From a virus (Duplodnaviria; Caudoviricetes): 41,647 nucleotides of DNA. Below are positions 15,809 to 25,614 of the stretch, one piece after another (position 1 is the stretch's first letter; each line of letters begins with the position of its first letter). The notes below the pieces were generated by a model. That model saw nothing but the letters and a program-made list of their open reading frames with translations. It was not told the DNA's origin and searched no databases. The position numbers and the translations under genes are program-made. The DNA is taken from IMG/VR virus record IMGVR_UViG_3300020045_010930, positions 1 to 41,647 of that record, one strand, 5' to 3'.

Positions 15809-16051
15809 ATGAAATTAGAAAAAACATTACTTGAAACGCATCAAGTATTAAAAGATTCTTTAGGCGTTGAAGTAAAAATTGATTGGCGACAAGTTTTAAA
15901 AATAACAGTCGAAGATTTAATAAAAAAGTACGATTCTTGCGTTGAAAGAAAAAGTGACCATCAAAACGCTTTTAAAGAGGTTTTATTATATTATTTAGGC
16001 GATGAAGATTTTGAAAAATATGTTATCAATAAAAAACAAATAAAACTATGA
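15809..16051 (+). CDS. Hypothetical protein
   Basis: ORF track. Confidence 0.6.
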   Translation: MKLEKTLLETHQVLKDSLGVEVKIDWRQVLKITVEDLIKKYDSCVERKSDHQNAFKEVLLYYLGDEDFEKYVINKKQIKL

Positions 16052-16131
16052 AACTAAAAGAAGCAATCAAGATATTGAAGCGTCACAATGAATGGAAAAG
16101 CAATTGATAAAATAATTAAAAAACTAACGAA

Positions 16132-16425
16132 ATGAAACTAACAGGAAAAACAAAAGAAGCGTTCACAGGATGGATGAAAAAATATCCGCATATATATCCA
16201 GATCAGTTTGAAATTATGCCAGATTGGATGATAAACTCACTTATAATCGAGTTCTTTGATTCGGTAGGGATTTATATTTCAATAATAAAAACAAAAGATT
16301 TATGTCAATTTGTTTTAGAAGATGATTTTAAAAACTACCATCAAAGAAGTAATGATTTCAACTCAAGACCCGAAGCAACCAACGTAGCAATCGAAAAAGC
16401 AAACGAAATTTTTTTATTAAGATAA
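16132..16425 (+). CDS. Hypothetical phage protein (LTGK.KE.F...FFDSVGIYI type)
   Basis: ORF track. Confidence 0.65.
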   Translation: MKLTGKTKEAFTGWMKKYPHIYPDQFEIMPDWMINSLIIEFFDSVGIYISIIKTKDLCQFVLEDDFKNYHQRSNDFNSRPEATNVAIEKANEIFLLR

Positions 16426-16431
16426 TTTTTG

Positions 16432-16506
16432 TATATTTGTAATTCATAATTACTAATAATTTTTACCGCTTTTGGTTGGGGTGTCCTTGGTTGAAAGCGG
16501 TTTTTT
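16432..16506 (+). promoter_or_regulatory. Late promoter with terminator-like leader
   Basis: TATATTTG; ACCGCTTT/AAAGCGGT stem extended by G-U pairs; T tract. Confidence 0.55.
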
Positions 16507-16529
16507 GTCTAAAATAGACTAAATAGACA

Positions 16530-16799
16530 ATGGCAACATCAAATGGAGACAAAACAGGTGGTAGACAAAAAGGTTCGGTAAACAAAGATTTACTACCTAT
16601 TCGTGACGCTTTTAAATCATTAATTGAAAATAATTTAGAACAAATCGAAAAGGATTTACTTATACTTAAACCAGCCGAAAGAATAAAAGCCATTACCGAA
16701 CTATCTAAATTTTGCGTACCAACTTTAAAAGCAGTTGATTTTACAGACAATACCACACCGCCGAAAGAACCAGTAAGAATCATATTTGAAAAGAAATGA
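16530..16799 (+). CDS. terS: Terminase small subunit (putative)
   Basis: KTGGRQKGSVNK, directly upstream of the large subunit. Confidence 0.7.
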   Translation: MATSNGDKTGGRQKGSVNKDLLPIRDAFKSLIENNLEQIEKDLLILKPAERIKAITELSKFCVPTLKAVDFTDNTTPPKEPVRIIFEKK

Positions 16800-18112
16800 T
16801 AAAGTTTTCTGAAAAATATAAACCTCTTTTTTATTTATTAGATGCAAAAAAAGAATATGAAAACGGAAACGAAAAGTATAAAGAAGAATCGGGAGTTGAT
16901 ATTGTTTTAATTTCAGGCGGTAGGGATTCAGGAAAAACATTTGGAGCTGGTGTAATGATTGCAACCGCTGCCGATTCTTACAGCCATAGAGTTCTTTATA
17001 CTCGTTACACGATGTCAAGTACAAACAACTCCATCACACGTGCGCTTGACAACAGAATGGAGTTATTGCAAATAACAGATAATTTCAATTTCGCTAACAA
17101 CGATTATAAATCAAAACACGGCAAAGGATTGATTTCTTTGACAGGGCAAAAAACAAGTTCAGGAGAGCAGACTGCTAAATTAAAGTCAATTGAAGACTAT
17201 TCAATATTTGTAACAGAAGAAGGCGAAGAACTTACTTCTTATGAGGAATGGGAAAAGATTAAACGATCCATTAGAGCAAATGATGTTCAGTCGTTATCAA
17301 TGATTATTTTCAACCCGCCTACAAAAGACCATTGGCTATATCCGCAATTCTACCAAGGTGTACCTGATGGATTCAACGGGATCATTGGAAATGTGATGTA
17401 CATTCACACCACCTACCAAGACAACGGAAGGGAAAATATGGCGCCGCATAACTGGAATGAATACGAAAGATTGAGGTTAGTTTATGAATATTGGTTAGCT
17501 AATCCAGCCACAACTGACAAAAAAATAATCAAAGAAGCAAAGAATTATAAAAATACAGTACTTGGAGCGTTTCGAGATATTGCCGAAGGAGTTATCTTTG
17601 ATTACGAAATTGGAGAATTCAACCCTGACAATCTACCTACTACCTTTGGGATGGATTTTGGTTTTATTGATCCGATTACATTAGTTGAAGTAGCCATCGA
17701 CAACAAAAGAAATATTGCATACGTTAAGCAACATCTTTACAAAAGCGGAATACTTGCCGAAGATGCTTATGATTTGATTAAAGATATTGTTGGACTGAAA
17801 TTAATATTAGCCGATGCGCAAAAGATTGACGATATTACACGTTTGCAAAATCTTGAGTTAAACATTGAAAAATGTTTTAAAGGCGGTGGATTAAATGGGT
17901 CTAGTATATTGCCTGGAATAAAAGCGATGAAGAACTTTGATATTATTGTCGAACCAAGTAGCACAGAACTAATTCACGAATTTAATAATTATTGTTGGGA
18001 CATCCGAAAAGTTGAAACTCCAAAAGCAGGAAACGACCATCTTATTGATGCGGTTCGTTATGTTATTTATGACAATGAAATTAACGCTAATTCAGAATTA
18101 TGTTTAGGATAA
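16796..18112 (+). CDS. terL: Terminase large subunit (PBSX-like)
   Basis: GGRDSGKT, EEGEE, FNP, GMDFGF.DP, DHLIDAVRY. Confidence 0.92.
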   Translation: MIKFSEKYKPLFYLLDAKKEYENGNEKYKEESGVDIVLISGGRDSGKTFGAGVMIATAADSYSHRVLYTRYTMSSTNNSITRALDNRMELLQITDNFNFANNDYKSKHGKGLISLTGQKTSSGEQTAKLKSIEDYSIFVTEEGEELTSYEEWEKIKRSIRANDVQSLSMIIFNPPTKDHWLYPQFYQGVPDGFNGIIGNVMYIHTTYQDNGRENMAPHNWNEYERLRLVYEYWLANPATTDKKIIKEAKNYKNTVLGAFRDIAEGVIFDYEIGEFNPDNLPTTFGMDFGFIDPITLVEVAIDNKRNIAYVKQHLYKSGILAEDAYDLIKDIVGLKLILADAQKIDDITRLQNLELNIEKCFKGGGLNGSSILPGIKAMKNFDIIVEPSSTELIHEFNNYCWDIRKVETPKAGNDHLIDAVRYVIYDNEINANSELCLG

Positions 18113-18534
18113 AAGATTTAAGAGCAGGAGAATTTATAGATATCGACAATTATTATCGAGAATTTGAACAAGGAAGTAATGAACACGAAAAAGACTTTTT
18201 TACTATATTTGGTTTAGAAATTCCAAAAACAGAAGCAGATTATTTAATTTTCTTTGAACAATACCACGCTCAAATACTGGAAATTAAAGTAAGTTTTGAA
18301 TTTATTTACAACCCACCGCCCTTGCCTTCTACACTAAATAAAGAAGGCAACACCATTGGCGATGAGTACCGAAAAGAATTTGCAGAAATGTATGGAGGTT
18401 ACGTTCAAAATATTTATTTAGTTTCGATTAATTTTCGTAAATTGCCAAACGAAATACTAGAAATGAACGTAATGGATTTTCTTTTCTGGGCGAATTATTT
18501 ACTTCATCAGAAGTGGTGTGAACAAATAAAATAG
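18100..18534 (+). CDS. Hypothetical protein (possible assembly chaperone)
   Basis: L..GEFIDID; first gene of the morphogenesis block. Confidence 0.55.
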   Translation: MFRIKDLRAGEFIDIDNYYREFEQGSNEHEKDFFTIFGLEIPKTEADYLIFFEQYHAQILEIKVSFEFIYNPPPLPSTLNKEGNTIGDEYRKEFAEMYGGYVQNIYLVSINFRKLPNEILEMNVMDFLFWANYLLHQKWCEQIK

Positions 18535-18859
18535 AAATACATTTGGCATTCGGCTTTATTGGTTCTGAAATTTCAGAAGCTACACTTTTTGAATCCGCAA
18601 AAAATCATTTAGAAAAAAGACTTGAAATAGATTTAAAAATATTGTCTATCGATCTTTTAGAAGAAAAAAATGGAGGACAAACAAGGGTTTATAATGTTGA
18701 TTTCGAACAAATAAAGTAAATTATGAAATTCAAAAGAAAGCAATTTAGAGTATTTAATATAAACTATTGTAAAAAAGAAGACGCTTTATTTAGTGTTCGA
18801 AATGGATATAGAAAAAGTATTTTATTATTTGGATGGTATTTTTATAAAGCGAATAAATT

Positions 18860-19312
18860 ATGTTTTCAAAAGTAACAAACTACATCGTAAATAGATTTCA
18901 ACAGGATGAAATGGTACACACTATTTCATTTAGTGATATTAATTTGATTGATACTAAAAAAGAAAACATTTACCCGTTAGTTGCTATTTCATTTAACGAA
19001 AAAGATTTATCTGTTGACGATACAGCCACTTATGATTACACTATTACGGTTCTACAACAACGTGACAATCGAAAAGTTGAGAAGCCAAGCAAGTTAATGG
19101 AAGATGAAAATTGGATTGACAATTTAAACGAATGTGATTCTATTTGCACACGCTTCATAAATCACATTAGACGAATGGAAATTGACGAAAACATAAACAT
19201 AGACTCTATTTCAGTACTCGAACCATTAAGCGGATACGGTGGTGCTAATTTAGATGGATTTAGATTTGAAATAACATTGGCAATTCCTAATACAGGGTAT
19301 TGTGGCGTATAG
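18860..19312 (+). CDS. Putative tail completion/terminator protein
   Basis: About 150 aa, acidic, YPLVAI motif, next to gp10-like genes. Confidence 0.5.
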   Translation: MFSKVTNYIVNRFQQDEMVHTISFSDINLIDTKKENIYPLVAISFNEKDLSVDDTATYDYTITVLQQRDNRKVEKPSKLMEDENWIDNLNECDSICTRFINHIRRMEIDENINIDSISVLEPLSGYGGANLDGFRFEITLAIPNTGYCGV

Positions 19313-19739
19313 TCAATCAGAATTAAGAGCCATTGCACGTGAGATTGTGCAAAAATCCAAGGCATCGGCTCACGTCGATACTGGAAGATTGAAACGTTCT
19401 ATTTCTTTTGTGGTAAATTTACAAGGCGTAATCACGTTTACCGAGGTGTTCTATGGACGGTTTGGAGAAAATTCAGATTTAGAAGAGAATATAAATAAAA
19501 TGTTTCCGATAGATGTGCCGTTTAATTTGATTTATGTTGACGATAATGGCAATCCATACCAAGTAGTTAGAAGAACATCCAGCGGACGTGCTACGGTCGA
19601 AACAAAAGCAACTAAAGCAACCACTAGAAAATCATTAGGAATAAATGGTATTAAGAATTTTTTAAAAGGATTTCAAAATGGCAAAGCGAAGAACCAAAGC
19701 ACAGATAGCGAGCGACAAGATAATCAAACAGAATCTTAA
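19302..19739 (+). CDS. HK97 gp10-like tail component
   Basis: VDTGRLKRSI. Confidence 0.55.
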   Translation: MAYSQSELRAIAREIVQKSKASAHVDTGRLKRSISFVVNLQGVITFTEVFYGRFGENSDLEENINKMFPIDVPFNLIYVDDNGNPYQVVRRTSSGRATVETKATKATTRKSLGINGIKNFLKGFQNGKAKNQSTDSERQDNQTES

Positions 19740-20007
19740 TATTCTAGGCGAAAAGATTTATAAACAAGCTAGAAGAACTACAAGGGTTTTGACTGGTTCG
19801 TTAAAAAACTCTATTAACTATGCTGTCAAGCCCGATACTCGTTTAACATTCTACCAAAATGAATATGGTAAAGATGTACGACCAGCAGGGAAAAATAGCG
19901 GAGAAAATGACGCTTTGTTGATTGCTATAAAAGAATTAGTACCTTTGGGAATCGAAGTGATAAAAAAAGATTTGATTGAATCAGTAATGTATCCGTTTAG
20001 AAAATGA
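19678..20007 (+). CDS. Second HK97 gp10-like tail component
   Basis: VLTGSLKNSI. Confidence 0.55.
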   Translation: MAKRRTKAQIASDKIIKQNLNILGEKIYKQARRTTRVLTGSLKNSINYAVKPDTRLTFYQNEYGKDVRPAGKNSGENDALLIAIKELVPLGIEVIKKDLIESVMYPFRK

Positions 20008-21137
20008 TTACGCCCACCACAATAACCACCGAAGACCAAATTTATTTAACAGGTTCGCCAATAAATATACGCATTCGTAACGCCAACGCAGACACTACGA
20101 TCAAAAGTGCCGTGTGCGAATTATATGTTTGGAGTGGTAGTCTAAACGCACCGCCAACACTACCATCTTATACACTTGTTGCAGACAAAGTAAGTGCAAA
20201 CGATAATTATATTAACTTTCAAATATCTGAAATAGTAGCCAGCCATATTAAAGGGACTAAATTTGCTTGGGCTAGTGGCGATAACGCCCCGTCAATTGCA
20301 GGCGAGGGTGTGTTTTTTCATTACAAATACCAAGTTACCAGCGCAACAGTTGAAGCACCAGTTGAAAGTTATACCAATTTCGCAACTCTTGGCTATCGTT
20401 GGGATTACGAACAAGTAGGCGATACTGAAAATCAACAGCCTTATTTGGGATTAGTGCCAATTAATTACAATCGAAAATACACAGAACACATTAAATACTT
20501 TAAACGTGATTTTGATTTTACAAAATCATTGGGGACTTGCACCAGCGAAAATATAATTTCATCAACAGTAAATATTCCGACCTCAACTAAATGCCAATTA
20601 GGGGATAAATATTTAGTTGTATATTTAAACCGTCACGGTTTATGGGATTATTTCACGACCTATGGTAAAGCGGTTAAATCAATTAAAATAGATGGCGACA
20701 CCGTGCCGAGATTGTACCGTAATCCAAATTCAATAAACAATAGTGTAAACCATTCAAAGAATAGAATGATTGAAACAACCGATCAATTATATACAATAAA
20801 CACAGGCGATCTTCACGAATCAATGACAGAACAGGTTGAAGAAGTAATTTATTCGCCATTGGTTTATTTGATTGAATTTACTGGAGAAACTTTTATTACA
20901 ACTAATTTAGGTTTGACAGTTGACAGCACAACAGTAACAGTCGACAGCACAACCTACACCGTGGACAACGAAACGGTAACAACGCAAGATTTGGGATATT
21001 TTTCTACATTCAAACAAATACCAGTTACCAATGAAAATAAAGACTTCATTAGAAAAACTCGTTTGAATGATAAATCAAAAATCAATTATGATTTGACTTT
21101 TGGAGTAACGATGGGAAGAATTAATCAATTGAAATAA
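20004..21137 (+). CDS. Virion structural protein (tail/baseplate)
   Basis: Beta-rich, YLNRHGLWDYF, TVDSTT repeats. Confidence 0.6.
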   Translation: MITPTTITTEDQIYLTGSPINIRIRNANADTTIKSAVCELYVWSGSLNAPPTLPSYTLVADKVSANDNYINFQISEIVASHIKGTKFAWASGDNAPSIAGEGVFFHYKYQVTSATVEAPVESYTNFATLGYRWDYEQVGDTENQQPYLGLVPINYNRKYTEHIKYFKRDFDFTKSLGTCTSENIISSTVNIPTSTKCQLGDKYLVVYLNRHGLWDYFTTYGKAVKSIKIDGDTVPRLYRNPNSINNSVNHSKNRMIETTDQLYTINTGDLHESMTEQVEEVIYSPLVYLIEFTGETFITTNLGLTVDSTTVTVDSTTYTVDNETVTTQDLGYFSTFKQIPVTNENKDFIRKTRLNDKSKINYDLTFGVTMGRINQLK

Positions 21138-21138
21138 A

Positions 21139-21360
21139 ATGAAAACACAAAAAGAAAAAGCAGAAGAGATATTTATAAAAATGTTAAGCAATACATTTGA
21201 ACAAAACGAAACAGACGAGTGTAGGCATACGGCTAAACAGTGTTCTATTGATTGCGTTGATGAAATCATAGAATCTTTTTCGCTATGTGATGAAAATTGG
21301 AGAATTAGAATGTTATTATTTTGGAATGAAGTAAAAATAGAATTACAAAAATACGATTAA
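21139..21360 (+). CDS. Hypothetical non-structural insert (KEKA.E...AKQC....VDEI...W.EVK type)
   Basis: Early-gene-like small protein between structural genes. Confidence 0.6.
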   Translation: MKTQKEKAEEIFIKMLSNTFEQNETDECRHTAKQCSIDCVDEIIESFSLCDENWRIRMLLFWNEVKIELQKYD

Positions 21361-23607
21361 ATGAAACTCCAAACCGAAGTATATATTTCCATCGATAACG
21401 AAAACTTTTACAAGATTGATTTAGCAAAAAACGAGTCGATAAATATGAAGTATGTGTTGAAAGATACTACTGATTTATCTAAAATATTTTCTCCTTTCAG
21501 TTTGTCATTTACTTTTCCAGGCACTTTAAATAATCAAAGTATTTTTGGCTTTGTTGGCAATACCAAAGTTTTCAAAACTAAAACTGATAATCTTTTTTCG
21601 TGCAAAATTTATTCCAACGGTTTGTTGTCCCAAACAGGAAAACTAAAACTTACCGAGGTTCGAGAAGAAAACGGATTCGTAAAATCATTCACGGCAAACT
21701 TTACGACTACAATGTTGTCATTGGCTTTGCGCATGGGAGAGGATTTGATTAACGACTTGCCAACCAATCCAGTACAAATAAATTGGATTCCAAATGAAGT
21801 TTTCCAAAGTATTTCGTCTATTCGACTAGCACCATCACAGCCAAGATCTGGAGTAGATGCAAAATACTATGTGCCGTTAATTTCCAATATTAGAATCTTT
21901 CAAAGGCAACAAGTTACAACTACTAATTATTTAGACAACGTTCGTTATTTAGCCACAGCCGATCCGACAAGCACAAAAGTCTTAAAAAGCGAAGAGTTTT
22001 CTCCAGCAGTTCAAGCGAGAACCATTATTGATATGATGAAAATCAAATACAATTTGGATATTGAAATGCCTTTGGAAAACACACAGGAATATAACGACTG
22101 GTTTATTTGGTGTAATTCTGCAAAAGCACAATCAGTTGATTTTGTTTATTTTGATTTGATAAAACAATTTGGATCGTCGATTGAATTTAACGTTAGGCGT
22201 GGAGATAGAATTCCAGACGAAAGAAAGTTTTTAATTAATGGAAATTTGACAACAAACCAAATGACTATTACTAAAAACCCATCGTCTAACGGGAGTTTTT
22301 ACGATTTCTTAAATTTAAGAATCACTTTTAATAATGTAGTTTCAACTAAAGGCGAAAGTGATGTCGATGTGATATTTGTTATTGAATTATCAAATGGCGC
22401 AATTTTCAATCAAATTACTTCTAAAGTAGAAAATGGAAAGGTAACAGCTGATTTTTTAATTAAGGATGCTGATTTTTTAAGCGGTACTTTTATTTTTAAG
22501 CTTAAAATAAAACCGACCTCGCCAATATTTTGGACTTCAAGTGATATTGGAATTTACAATACTTACTACGATTCCAACGCTGGAGGAGGTTCGACACGTT
22601 CGGCAAGTGCTGATTACAAGCAAGAAAGTTTTGGAAACAACAACAGCGCAACGATGGGAGGCACTCGAATTGATTTATACAAGTCTTTGCCAGATATGAA
22701 GTGCACAGATTTCCTAGCGTCTTTTATTAAAATGTTTAATATTTCCATTTTCGATGCTTCGCCAAGTGATGATAAATTATTTTGGTTAACGCCAAACGAT
22801 TTATTGATTCCGAATAAAAGCTATTCCAAAAAAGAAGTTGATTATACCGAATTCATAATATCAAAATCGGTTACTAAAACAATCGCAGCCGATTATAATT
22901 ATTATAATTTCAAACATAAAACATCAAAATATAAATCGAATGCCGATTATTTAGTAGCACGTGGAATTGAATTTGGACAGACAACATATCCAACAATAAA
23001 ACCCACACAAGATTTATTGGAATTCAAAGTTGAAACCGCATTTAGTATTTTGGAAGCGTTGCCAATCGCTGGTATGGTGGATGAATTCACGTCTTATGGA
23101 TTTACAAACGAAACACCCGAAACATTAGTTACTGGCGAAAAGAGATATAAGCCGAATACAGATGATTTTACAATTTTTTTTGCGTGTGGATTGAGATTAT
23201 TGGAGGGCGAAAAATCTTTAGGATTTCAAAAAACGAATACTTCAAACATCACAGTTACAGGCGAATTGAAAAGTTATATTAAAACAAGTCCTGTGCATCC
23301 GTTAGGAACTTCTTTTGGATTCTCATTAATTCAAGAAGCTACTTTACGATCTTTGTATTTTGATTTTTATAAAAGGCAAACCGAAAGATTATTGAATCCA
23401 AATACGTTAAAACAAATGTATAAGTTACGTTTACCAGCGTCCGAACTGGTTTTAAATTATAAAACAACACAGGCTGGAATGTCGCAAGTGCCAGACGGTT
23501 TTAGATTGCAAAACGAAATTGTTTTGCAGGAGCAACGTTTTTCGATTATTGACGCTCAAATAGATATTACAACAGGCGATGCCACAATGAACTTATTAAA
23601 TTTTTAA
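21361..23607 (+). CDS. Large tail/baseplate protein
   Basis: 748 aa, D.SKIFSPFSLSFT.P...NN motif, next to the tape measure gene. Confidence 0.6.
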   Translation: MKLQTEVYISIDNENFYKIDLAKNESINMKYVLKDTTDLSKIFSPFSLSFTFPGTLNNQSIFGFVGNTKVFKTKTDNLFSCKIYSNGLLSQTGKLKLTEVREENGFVKSFTANFTTTMLSLALRMGEDLINDLPTNPVQINWIPNEVFQSISSIRLAPSQPRSGVDAKYYVPLISNIRIFQRQQVTTTNYLDNVRYLATADPTSTKVLKSEEFSPAVQARTIIDMMKIKYNLDIEMPLENTQEYNDWFIWCNSAKAQSVDFVYFDLIKQFGSSIEFNVRRGDRIPDERKFLINGNLTTNQMTITKNPSSNGSFYDFLNLRITFNNVVSTKGESDVDVIFVIELSNGAIFNQITSKVENGKVTADFLIKDADFLSGTFIFKLKIKPTSPIFWTSSDIGIYNTYYDSNAGGGSTRSASADYKQESFGNNNSATMGGTRIDLYKSLPDMKCTDFLASFIKMFNISIFDASPSDDKLFWLTPNDLLIPNKSYSKKEVDYTEFIISKSVTKTIAADYNYYNFKHKTSKYKSNADYLVARGIEFGQTTYPTIKPTQDLLEFKVETAFSILEALPIAGMVDEFTSYGFTNETPETLVTGEKRYKPNTDDFTIFFACGLRLLEGEKSLGFQKTNTSNITVTGELKSYIKTSPVHPLGTSFGFSLIQEATLRSLYFDFYKRQTERLLNPNTLKQMYKLRLPASELVLNYKTTQAGMSQVPDGFRLQNEIVLQEQRFSIIDAQIDITTGDATMNLLNF

Positions 23608-23610
23608 ACG

Positions 23611-25476
23611 ATGGCAGAAGAAAATAAAGAAAAGTATTCGATAGACTTTCAAACGAATGCCGATGCAGCCACAAAAGATGTGCAAGGATTGAGTGCGTCA
23701 ATCGAGCAATCGACAGAAGCGACAAAGAAAAACACGGCTGCTAACGACATACAGGAAGAGCAATACAAAACTTTCAAAACCCAACTTCGAGAAGCTAATC
23801 AGGAGTTACAAAAGTCTATCCAAATTTATGGCGAAACTTCTGCAGAAGCTGTAAAGGCAGCTAAAGGAGTTGCTGATTTAAAAGATCAAATGGGATTTGC
23901 AAAAGATTTAGCGGAAACGTTTAATCCTGATCAAAAATTCAAAGCACTTGGAGTTGCTACACAAGTAGCAGGAACAGGATTGCAAGGATTGACTTCTGGA
24001 ATGGCATTATTTGGCGGAGAAAGTGAAGATACGCAAAAACAATTGTTAAAAGTACAGGCTGCAATGGCTTTTAGTGATGCAATTTCAAACTTGTCAAACG
24101 TAGCTGACCAATGGGCGATTTTAAAAACGGCAATAACATCTTCTTCTGTTGCGCAAAAAGCTAACACTGCTGCAACTGGAGTGGCTGCGATAGTTCAAAA
24201 CCTATTTACAGGATCTGTAGCAACCACTACAACTGGTTTTAAATTATTAAAATTCGCAATTGCAGCGACTGGAATTGGTTTATTGGTTGTAGCAGCAGTT
24301 GCGGTTGTTCAGAATTTTGATAAAATTTCAAAAGTAATAACAAATTTAGTACCTGGACTTGCAGGAGTTGGCGATACTATTATGTCAATCGTTCAGGCAG
24401 TTACTGATTTTATAGGTGTTACTTCTGATGCCGATAGGGCGTTGGATAGATTGAAATCAAATGCTGATGCTTCTTTGGCGTTAAATAAAAAATTCCTAGC
24501 CGAACACGGTTCGCAACTTGACGAATTTACAAAGCAAAAGATACAGGCAAAAAACGAATACAATGAAGCAATCAAAGAAGGTAACGCTGATGTGATTGCG
24601 CTTGGCGAAGAATTAAACAGAAAATTAGCAAAAATAGAGTACAGTAGGGGCGATGAAGCGAGAGAAATAGCTAAAGAAAACGCTGAAAAAGCAGCCGAAG
24701 AAGCGCAAAAAAGACGTGAAAAAGCTATTGAAGACGAGAAAAAAGCACGTGAAAAAGAAGCCGAAGATAGGCGAGAATATCTTGAAAATGCCAATAAAAT
24801 AGAGGAAGAGTTTGATGATTTAAGAATTGAAAAAAAGATTCGAGAAGAAGAAGAGGCGAAAGAAAAAAGAGAAAAAGAGTTAGAGGATTTAGCACAACGA
24901 GCACAAGATGCCACTGATGTAGCTAATAATGCAACGACAGAAGAAAAGCGAAGACAAGATGCGCTTAACGCCATTCAAGCCGATTCAAAAGACAGGATGT
25001 TGGCTAATGGAGAAAGTCTAGCTAAAGGAGTTCAGGCGTTAGCTGGAAAAAACAAAGCGGTTCAAAAAGCTGCTATAATTGCGGAGGGCGGAATTAATTT
25101 AGGTAAGGCTGTTGCTAACACAGCCGCAGCGGTTACTTCTGATTTGAAATTGGGATTCCCTGCAAATATCGCCCCCATTGCATTGGATATTGCGACAGGT
25201 GCAGTTAGCGCAGCTTCTATTGTTTCAGGGACAAATAAAGCTTTGCAGGCTGTTGGTGGCGGTGGTTCGATTACTGCTCCAGCACCACAACAAGTTCCGA
25301 GCGGAGTTTCAGCAACACCGCAGACAGGATTTCAAGCGAGCAGTGAGAATCAAATAGCCACTTCAATTTCGCAACAAAACCAAACGCCAGTTATTAAAAC
25401 TTATGTTGTAGGTAGTGAGGTCAAAACACAAACAGACCTTGATGCAAAATTAATTCAACAAAACAGTTTTGGTTAA
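23611..25476 (+). CDS. Tape measure protein
   Basis: Ala/Gly-rich helical, AATGIGLLVVA, long coiled coil. Confidence 0.75.
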   Translation: MAEENKEKYSIDFQTNADAATKDVQGLSASIEQSTEATKKNTAANDIQEEQYKTFKTQLREANQELQKSIQIYGETSAEAVKAAKGVADLKDQMGFAKDLAETFNPDQKFKALGVATQVAGTGLQGLTSGMALFGGESEDTQKQLLKVQAAMAFSDAISNLSNVADQWAILKTAITSSSVAQKANTAATGVAAIVQNLFTGSVATTTTGFKLLKFAIAATGIGLLVVAAVAVVQNFDKISKVITNLVPGLAGVGDTIMSIVQAVTDFIGVTSDADRALDRLKSNADASLALNKKFLAEHGSQLDEFTKQKIQAKNEYNEAIKEGNADVIALGEELNRKLAKIEYSRGDEAREIAKENAEKAAEEAQKRREKAIEDEKKAREKEAEDRREYLENANKIEEEFDDLRIEKKIREEEEAKEKREKELEDLAQRAQDATDVANNATTEEKRRQDALNAIQADSKDRMLANGESLAKGVQALAGKNKAVQKAAIIAEGGINLGKAVANTAAAVTSDLKLGFPANIAPIALDIATGAVSAASIVSGTNKALQAVGGGGSITAPAPQQVPSGVSATPQTGFQASSENQIATSISQQNQTPVIKTYVVGSEVKTQTDLDAKLIQQNSFG

Positions 25477-25487
25477 ATAAATTTCAT

Positions 25488-25600
25488 TATATTTGTGATT
25501 GAAAATTGTGTGAAGATACACAAAACCAAAAATTAGCCATTTTGAAAACAAAACTAAAAGACTTAAAAAGCCTATCTGTTTAATTACGGATAGGCTTTTT
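25488..25600 (+). promoter_or_regulatory. Promoter and leader ending in a terminator hairpin
   Basis: TATATTTG at 25488; AAAAAGCCTATCTGT/ACGGATAGGCTTTTT at 25565-25600. Confidence 0.55.
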
Positions 25601-25614
25601 GTCGTTAATACAAA

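Noticed and set aside
16444-16454. Leader sequence complementary to the start of the Sak-like gene (40831-40841)
   Set aside because: An 11-nt AT-rich match is too weak to call antisense regulation
20914-20980. TVDSTT tandem peptide repeat
   Set aside because: Short low-complexity coding repeat with no evidence of a separate element
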